Shown here in pieces: positions 59,540 to 64,000 of a stretch of DNA of 64,000 nucleotides; position 1 is the first letter of the stretch; each line of letters starts with the position of its first letter. The stretch is from NCBI GenBank assembly GCA_050180485.1, contig JBFXED010000021.1, forward strand, positions 245 to 64,244. The letters are read 5' to 3'. The stretch comes from Alphaproteobacteria bacterium (GTDB taxonomy: Bacteria; Pseudomonadota; Alphaproteobacteria; CADEGL01). The position numbers were made by a program, and so were the translations under genes. The notes beneath the pieces were generated by a model. It did no database searches. It was not told the DNA's origin and was given only the letters and a program-made list of their open reading frames with translations.

Positions 59540-60823
59540 ATGCCGCACAGAATTAGGAACACTCTGGCTTGCCTCCTGATCGCTACCGTATGGGCCGGCG
59601 AAGCGAAGCCACAATATCGCCTGCCTCCGTTTCCGCAGCCTATCCCCACAGAACTGTTGGAACCGGATATTCCTCTGCCGTTCAAAGAGGGAACCGAAAC
59701 CATCCAGGTGGGAGCTGGAAATCGCCTGAAGGTGATATCGCTCGCTGGCCCAATGATCCCAGATCGGGGACGTGCGTACTGGGTAAATAACGACACCATT
59801 CTCTTCGTAGGCTACGGTCCGGCCGAATTCCCCGAGCAAAGTGGACTGCTCGAATTGCCGACCAAAGATCAGCGTCCTTCCCAAAGCAACCTTTACGTTT
59901 GGAAAATCGGGCACTCGCTCGTTAAATCGATTCCCGCAATATCCATTTTGTGTCACGGCATTTCTAAAAATATGACCGTTGCAAACGTAAACGTGAAAAT
60001 GGATGGCCAGCTACATACCTATAGTATTAGCGCCAACAAACTGTCTGATGGTATTCGGCAAATATCCAATATAGACGGTTGGATTGACCGTTTTTCATGC
60101 ACGAACTATGAGCGGCTGAAAAAACGAGCACCCCATCTCGAATCGTCAACCCAAAATGGCCACCCCGTTTGGTTTTATCTAGCATTCTTCGACTTGTACC
60201 TCGAGGCCCCGAGACGTGCCGTGTCGATCGAATATAAGGGCACCGGATGGGTAGCGCCCCGAGTTTCTGATCTTCGTCTCATCGATCCTAATTCCAACAA
60301 CGTGACTATTCTGCCCATACCCGACGTGGGTATCGAAGCCCATGTCGGTTCAACCGGCGGTATTAACTATTCTCCGCACGACCGCTCTTACTTGCTTTGG
60401 GACGCGCGAGCACCGGGTCGCGCGATCATGACTCCAGACGACCGTGAGGAGGCTCCAGAGGTCGCATGGAAAGCGGCGGGGTGTCGGCCGGGTTGGACGC
60501 TTGATGCCGAACGCCGAGTAACAGAGCACTGCTTACCGGCAGATCTCCCACTCAACGTCTTTACCCAAACCAACGCCGGCATCATCGGGTTTGTCCGCTG
60601 GCCGGGAGGTTTCAAAATGTCTGCTGATGGTGCGGTCTATAGAATTGCGGATAGTAAAGGCACGCGCTTGCTCGACCAGGTTCTCACATCCACTCGACTC
60701 GAAGCGCCGCTGGCGTCACCAGACGGGTGCCGCGTCGCGGCGACTCTATCGCCATCGGACAAGCCCACCGCTCGTCCCCGGCTCACAATCCTCGATTTCT
60801 GTGCTGCTTCGGACGGAAAGTAG
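59540..60823 (+). CDS. Hypothetical exported protein, low GC
   Basis: 427-aa open frame with signal-like N-terminus, several Cys, C-terminal ASPDGCRVA; no family recognised. Confidence 0.6.
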   Translation: MPHRIRNTLACLLIATVWAGEAKPQYRLPPFPQPIPTELLEPDIPLPFKEGTETIQVGAGNRLKVISLAGPMIPDRGRAYWVNNDTILFVGYGPAEFPEQSGLLELPTKDQRPSQSNLYVWKIGHSLVKSIPAISILCHGISKNMTVANVNVKMDGQLHTYSISANKLSDGIRQISNIDGWIDRFSCTNYERLKKRAPHLESSTQNGHPVWFYLAFFDLYLEAPRRAVSIEYKGTGWVAPRVSDLRLIDPNSNNVTILPIPDVGIEAHVGSTGGINYSPHDRSYLLWDARAPGRAIMTPDDREEAPEVAWKAAGCRPGWTLDAERRVTEHCLPADLPLNVFTQTNAGIIGFVRWPGGFKMSADGAVYRIADSKGTRLLDQVLTSTRLEAPLASPDGCRVAATLSPSDKPTARPRLTILDFCAASDGK

Positions 60824-60857
60824 GACCCAGAGACGGCGTACCTGGAATAGCTTTGGC

Positions 60858-60990
60858 CGGTGGCTGGTGCGCCAGGATTAGAACCTGGGGTCGCGGGACT
60901 AAAACCCGCTGCCTTACCACTTGGCCACGCCCCAATACCGGCCGTCCGTCGCGGCACGCAAAGTAGGTGGAAGCGCCGGGAGCCGCCCTA
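60858..60990. repeat. Direct repeat copy 1 (tRNA plus promoter region); partner at 63394-63530
   Basis: Aligns from CGGTGGCTGG through the tRNA, ATACCGGCCGTCCGTCGCGG and TAGGTGGAAGCGCC to CCGCCCTA. Confidence 0.92.
60861..60934 (-). tRNA. tRNA-Gln-derived gene with UUA anticodon (ochre suppressor-like or pseudogene)
   Basis: TGGGGCGTGGCCAAGTGGTAAGGCAGCGGG-TTTTAGT-CCCGCGACCCCAGGTTCTAATCCTGGCGCACCAGCCA; 70/74 identical to 63397-63470. Confidence 0.85.
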
Positions 60991-61155
60991 TCCGAGCTTA
61001 CTTTTCGCAAGCCGCCCCCTTGACGGCCCACGGGCGCGCCACCATTTCCCTGCGCAACCCGGATCCGGGCCCCTCTGGCAGGCAGGTCGCTGCTTGCGAT
61101 GTCGGATCCTTCACCTGCTCGAGCGCCGACGGGCGCGGAAGCATCTGGAGGCACC

Positions 61156-62151
61156 ATGGAGTGGCTCGCCACGGCGCTCGGCGCCGATTTTCTGGGTAAA
61201 CCCGCTTGGCTCTGGCTTGTCTTCGCCGGCATCGTCGGCGCGCTCTTGACGTTCGACCTGGGCGTGCTCCACCGCAAGCAGCGCGAAATCGAAGTCCGCG
61301 AAAGCCTGTGGCTCAGCGCCGGATATATCGCCATCGCTCTGGTATTCGGCGCCTGGATTTGGTCGTCGATGGGCAGCGAAAGCGGCATGGCCTATCTCAC
61401 CGGCTTCTTCATCGAGAAGTCGCTGGCGCTCGACAATGTCTTCGTCATCTCGTTGATCTTCGCGTATTTCGCGATCCCCCGGCAGTATCAACACCGCGTG
61501 CTGTTCTGGGGCATCCTGGGCGTCATCGTGCTGCGCGCGGTGATGATCGGCCTGGGCGCCGCGATCGTTTCGGAATTCGCCTGGGTGCTCTACATCTTCG
61601 GCGCGTTTCTGCTGTTCACCGGCGTCAAGATGCTGGTCCTGGCCGACGCCATGCCGAAGGTGGGCGAGAACCCGCTTCTGCGCTTTCTCAAGCACCGCAT
61701 GAAGGTGACCGACCAGCTTCACGGCCAACGTTTTCTGGTTCGCTTGCCGGTTCCCGGTACTACGCGGAAGGCCACCTACGCCACGCCGCTTCTGCTCGCG
61801 CTGATGCTGATCGAGGTGGCCGACCTGGTCTTCGCGGTCGATTCGGTGCCCGCCATCTTCGCGATCACCACCGACGCGTACATCGTCTACACCTCGAACA
61901 TCTTCGCCATCCTCGGCCTGCGCGCTCTGTACTTCGCGCTGGCGGCTATGGTGCACCGGTTCCACTACCTCAAATACGCGCTGTCCATCGTGCTGATCTT
62001 CATCGGACTGAAGATCTTCTGGAATCAGCTTTTCGGGAAGCTCGACCCCACGATCTCGCTGGGCGTGACGTTCGCGCTTCTCGCGGGCGGCGTGCTGTAT
62101 TCGCTGTGGAAGACGCGCGCGTCCCCGGCGTCCGCGACGAAGGAGGTCTGA
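61156..62151 (+). CDS. terC: TerC/Alx-family metal-homeostasis membrane protein
   Basis: YLTGFFIEKSLALDNVFV, QHRVLFWGILG..VLR, E.ADLVFAVDSVPAIFAIT.D..IVYTSNIFAILGLRALYF; GGAGG RBS. Confidence 0.93.
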   Translation: MEWLATALGADFLGKPAWLWLVFAGIVGALLTFDLGVLHRKQREIEVRESLWLSAGYIAIALVFGAWIWSSMGSESGMAYLTGFFIEKSLALDNVFVISLIFAYFAIPRQYQHRVLFWGILGVIVLRAVMIGLGAAIVSEFAWVLYIFGAFLLFTGVKMLVLADAMPKVGENPLLRFLKHRMKVTDQLHGQRFLVRLPVPGTTRKATYATPLLLALMLIEVADLVFAVDSVPAIFAITTDAYIVYTSNIFAILGLRALYFALAAMVHRFHYLKYALSIVLIFIGLKIFWNQLFGKLDPTISLGVTFALLAGGVLYSLWKTRASPASATKEV

Positions 62152-62154
62152 GCC

Positions 62155-62469
62155 GTGGCCGCACTGGAGAAGACGATCTGGTTGGTGACTGCGGCGGCGA
62201 CCGCGTTCTGGAGCCTCGTGTGCGCCGCAGGCTACGGTCTGGTCGCGCTGTTCGGCGGCATCGTGCAAGAGCATGTCCAAGGCTTGCATTTGCATCCGGC
62301 GATCGATCCCTGGATCGCCGCGGCCTTTGGCGTCACCCAGGATCTGGGTCCGGTATTACTGGTCACGTTGTGGGTGGGCGGCGTCGTGCTGATCCTGGGG
62401 CTCGCCGCGCTGACCGCCGGCATGAAGCGCGGCGTGCTACGGTCCGACCGCCGCAGGCGCTTCCGTTAG
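62155..62469 (+). CDS. Small hypothetical membrane protein (2 TM)
   Basis: AGGAGG RBS within terC end; two hydrophobic segments, Arg-rich C-terminus; tightly packed between terC and channel gene. Confidence 0.65.
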   Translation: MAALEKTIWLVTAAATAFWSLVCAAGYGLVALFGGIVQEHVQGLHLHPAIDPWIAAAFGVTQDLGPVLLVTLWVGGVVLILGLAALTAGMKRGVLRSDRRRRFR

Positions 62470-62485
62470 CGGAGGAGTCGCGGCA

Positions 62486-63304
62486 ATGACATCAGTGACC
62501 TTCATCCGCGGGCGCGTGCGAGCGCAGCTCGAACAAAGCCGGGTGCAGAACGCCCTGATTGCGCTGATCGTTCTGAATGCGATCGTATTCGGCATCGAGA
62601 CTTCGCCCAGCGCGATGGCCGAGATCGGTCCGGCATTGCGTCTGGCGGACCGTTTGATCCTCGCGGTGTTCGTGATCGAGATCGGCCTGCGGTTGTTCGC
62701 TTATGGTCCGCGCTTTTTCCGCGACCCGTGGAGCGTCTTCGACTTCGCCGTCGTGGCGTTGGCCCTACTGCCCGCGACAGGCAGCCTCAGCGCCTTGCGC
62801 GCGCTGCGGGTCTTGCGCGTGCTGCGCCTCATCAGCCTGGTGCCCCAATTCCGCATGGTGGTCTCGGCTCTGCTCGGCGCCGTGCCCGGTATCGCCGCCA
62901 TCGCCGGCATCCTCTCGCTTTTGCTCTACGTATCGGCCGTGATCGCGACCAAGCTGTTCGCGGCATCGGCGCCCGACCTGTTCGGCACATTGGGACAGAC
63001 GCTGTTTACCCTGTTCCAGGTCATGACGCTGGAAGGCTGGGCGGACGTCGCGCGCCGGCTCATGGACGATTACCCGGCGGCCTGGCTGTTCTTCGTGCCC
63101 TTCATCCTGGTCACCACCTTCACCATGTTGAACCTCTTCATCGCCATCATCGTGGGCGCGATGGACCGCGAGCGGCAACGCGCCGATCCGGTGTCGGAAC
63201 GTCTGGACCGGCTGAGCCGTCAGATCGAGCGGCTGGAAGGTAAAATCGCGTCTGCGTCCAAGGCGCAGCCGCTTGTCACGTCCGGCTCCACGCGCCTGGA
63301 ATGA
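62486..63304 (+). CDS. Voltage-gated cation channel, BacNav-like 6TM family
   Basis: FFRDPWSVFDF (S3), RALRVLRVLRLIS (S4), TLFQVMTLEGWAD filter, NLFIAIIV.AM (S6), C-terminal coiled coil. Confidence 0.92.
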   Translation: MTSVTFIRGRVRAQLEQSRVQNALIALIVLNAIVFGIETSPSAMAEIGPALRLADRLILAVFVIEIGLRLFAYGPRFFRDPWSVFDFAVVALALLPATGSLSALRALRVLRVLRLISLVPQFRMVVSALLGAVPGIAAIAGILSLLLYVSAVIATKLFAASAPDLFGTLGQTLFTLFQVMTLEGWADVARRLMDDYPAAWLFFVPFILVTTFTMLNLFIAIIVGAMDRERQRADPVSERLDRLSRQIERLEGKIASASKAQPLVTSGSTRLE

Positions 63305-63396
63305 CGCAAGTTCCTCGCGCGGGAATGCGCGGGATGGCCGACCGCCCGGAAAGCGGCATCAGGAACCGGTAAAGAAGTAGACAGCGATCACGACGG

Positions 63397-63470
63397 TGGC
63401 TGGGGCGCCAGGATTCGAACCTGGGATCGCGGGACCAAAACCCGCTGCCTTACCACTTGGCCACGCCCCA
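63397..63470 (-). tRNA. tRNA-Gln (UUG)
   Basis: TGGGGCG...GCGGG-TTTTGGT-CCCGC GATC CCAGG-TTCGAAT-CCTGG CGCCCCA G CCA; full cloverleaf, U1-A72, encoded CCA. Confidence 0.96.
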
Positions 63471-63493
63471 ATACCGGCCGTCCGTCGCGGCGC

Positions 63494-63522
63494 AAATTAG
63501 GTGGAAGCGCCCGCCCCCGCAA
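63494..63522 (-). promoter_or_regulatory. Sigma70-like promoter of tRNA-Gln
   Basis: TTGCGG (63522-63517), 17-nt spacer, TAATTT (63499-63494), GC-rich discriminator. Confidence 0.6.
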
Positions 63523-63549
63523 CCGCCCTAGGCAGCCATTTTACGGTAG

Positions 63550-63618
63550 CTCACCCTTCGACGAGCTCAGGGTGAGGACTTCTATATGGACCTCGTCCTG
63601 AGCCCGTCGAAGGACGAG
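63550..63618. repeat. REP-like inverted pair (family B)
   Basis: CTCACCCTTCGACGAGCTCAGGGTGAGG ... CCTCGTCCTGAGCCCGTCGAAGGACGAG. Confidence 0.82.
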
Positions 63619-63631
63619 CAAGCGAAAGGTC

Positions 63632-64000
63632 TCACGCGGCTTTCGCGACGTTGGTCAGATACCAGGCATAGGCATCGGCCAGGCCCTGGTCCAGGCCGGT
63701 CTTGGCCTTCCAACCGAGGGCGTTGATGCGCGAGACGTCGAGCAGCTTGCGCGGCGTGCCGTCGGGCTTGGACGCGTCGAAATCGAGCCCGCCCTTGAAG
63801 CCGACCGCGCGGCAGACCTTCTCGGCCAACTCGCGGATGGTGACGTCCTCGCCCGTGCCGACGTTGATCGTCCGCTCGTCCGAGTAGTTCACCATCAGGT
63901 GAACCAGCGCGTCGGCCAGATCGTCGACATGCAAGAACTCGCGCTTCGGCGCGCCTGAGCCCCAGACCTCGATCGATTTGGCGCCCGACTGCTTCGCCGC
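63632..64000 (-). CDS. fcl: GDP-L-fucose synthase (5' truncated by window)
   Basis: EVWGSGAPKREFLHVDDLADA, INVGTGEDVTIRELA, FDASKPDGTPRKLLDVS...LGW. Confidence 0.93.
   Translation of the reverse strand, partial: AAKQSGAKSIEVWGSGAPKREFLHVDDLADALVHLMVNYSDERTINVGTGEDVTIRELAEKVCRAVGFKGGLDFDASKPDGTPRKLLDVSRINALGWKAKTGLDQGLADAYAWYLTNVAKAA

Larger units (their letters stand above)
63394..63530. repeat. Direct repeat copy 2 (tRNA plus promoter region)
   Basis: Partner of 60858-60990. Confidence 0.92.

Noticed and set aside
61050-61155. yybP-ykoY Mn2+ riboswitch upstream of terC
   Set aside because: Hallmark conserved nucleotides not found by eye; kept only as an unassigned structured leader.
59540-63304. 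Local TAA-interrupted gene needing the UUA tRNA
   Set aside because: Neighbouring genes are intact and end in TAG or TGA; no read-through target is evident here.

Overview
GC-rich bacterial chromosomal segment, most likely alphaproteobacterial (inferred from gene content and order). It runs from a conserved housekeeping block (trmL, hemF, CCA-adding enzyme, Nudix, DUF1285, MoxR-DUF58-DUF4159 operon) through envelope genes (DcaP-type porin, TPR/sulfotransferase/protease trio, two paralogous beta-barrel porins, a Gly-rich autotransporter), catabolic genes (carnitine-dehydrogenase-like, 2OG oxygenase, BKACE, GMC oxidoreductase, CoA ligase/hydratase, two amidohydrolases), a low-GC TcmP-DUF5131 gene pair and a putative FNR/FixK-controlled cluster, ending in a partial fcl. 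The most notable feature is at 60.86-63.53 kb. A whole tRNA-Gln(UUG) transcription unit is duplicated as a ~130 bp direct repeat. One copy has a UUA (ochre-reading) anticodon and has lost its -35 box. The two copies bracket a TerC gene, a small membrane protein and a voltage-gated channel whose filter (TLEGWAD) resembles a prokaryotic Ca2+ channel. Intergenic spaces carry three families of REP-like palindromes showing covariation, nesting, G-tracts and GCGAAGC mini-hairpins. No CRISPR array, rRNA, integrase or transposase was seen. All family calls are by motif recognition; no database searches were run.
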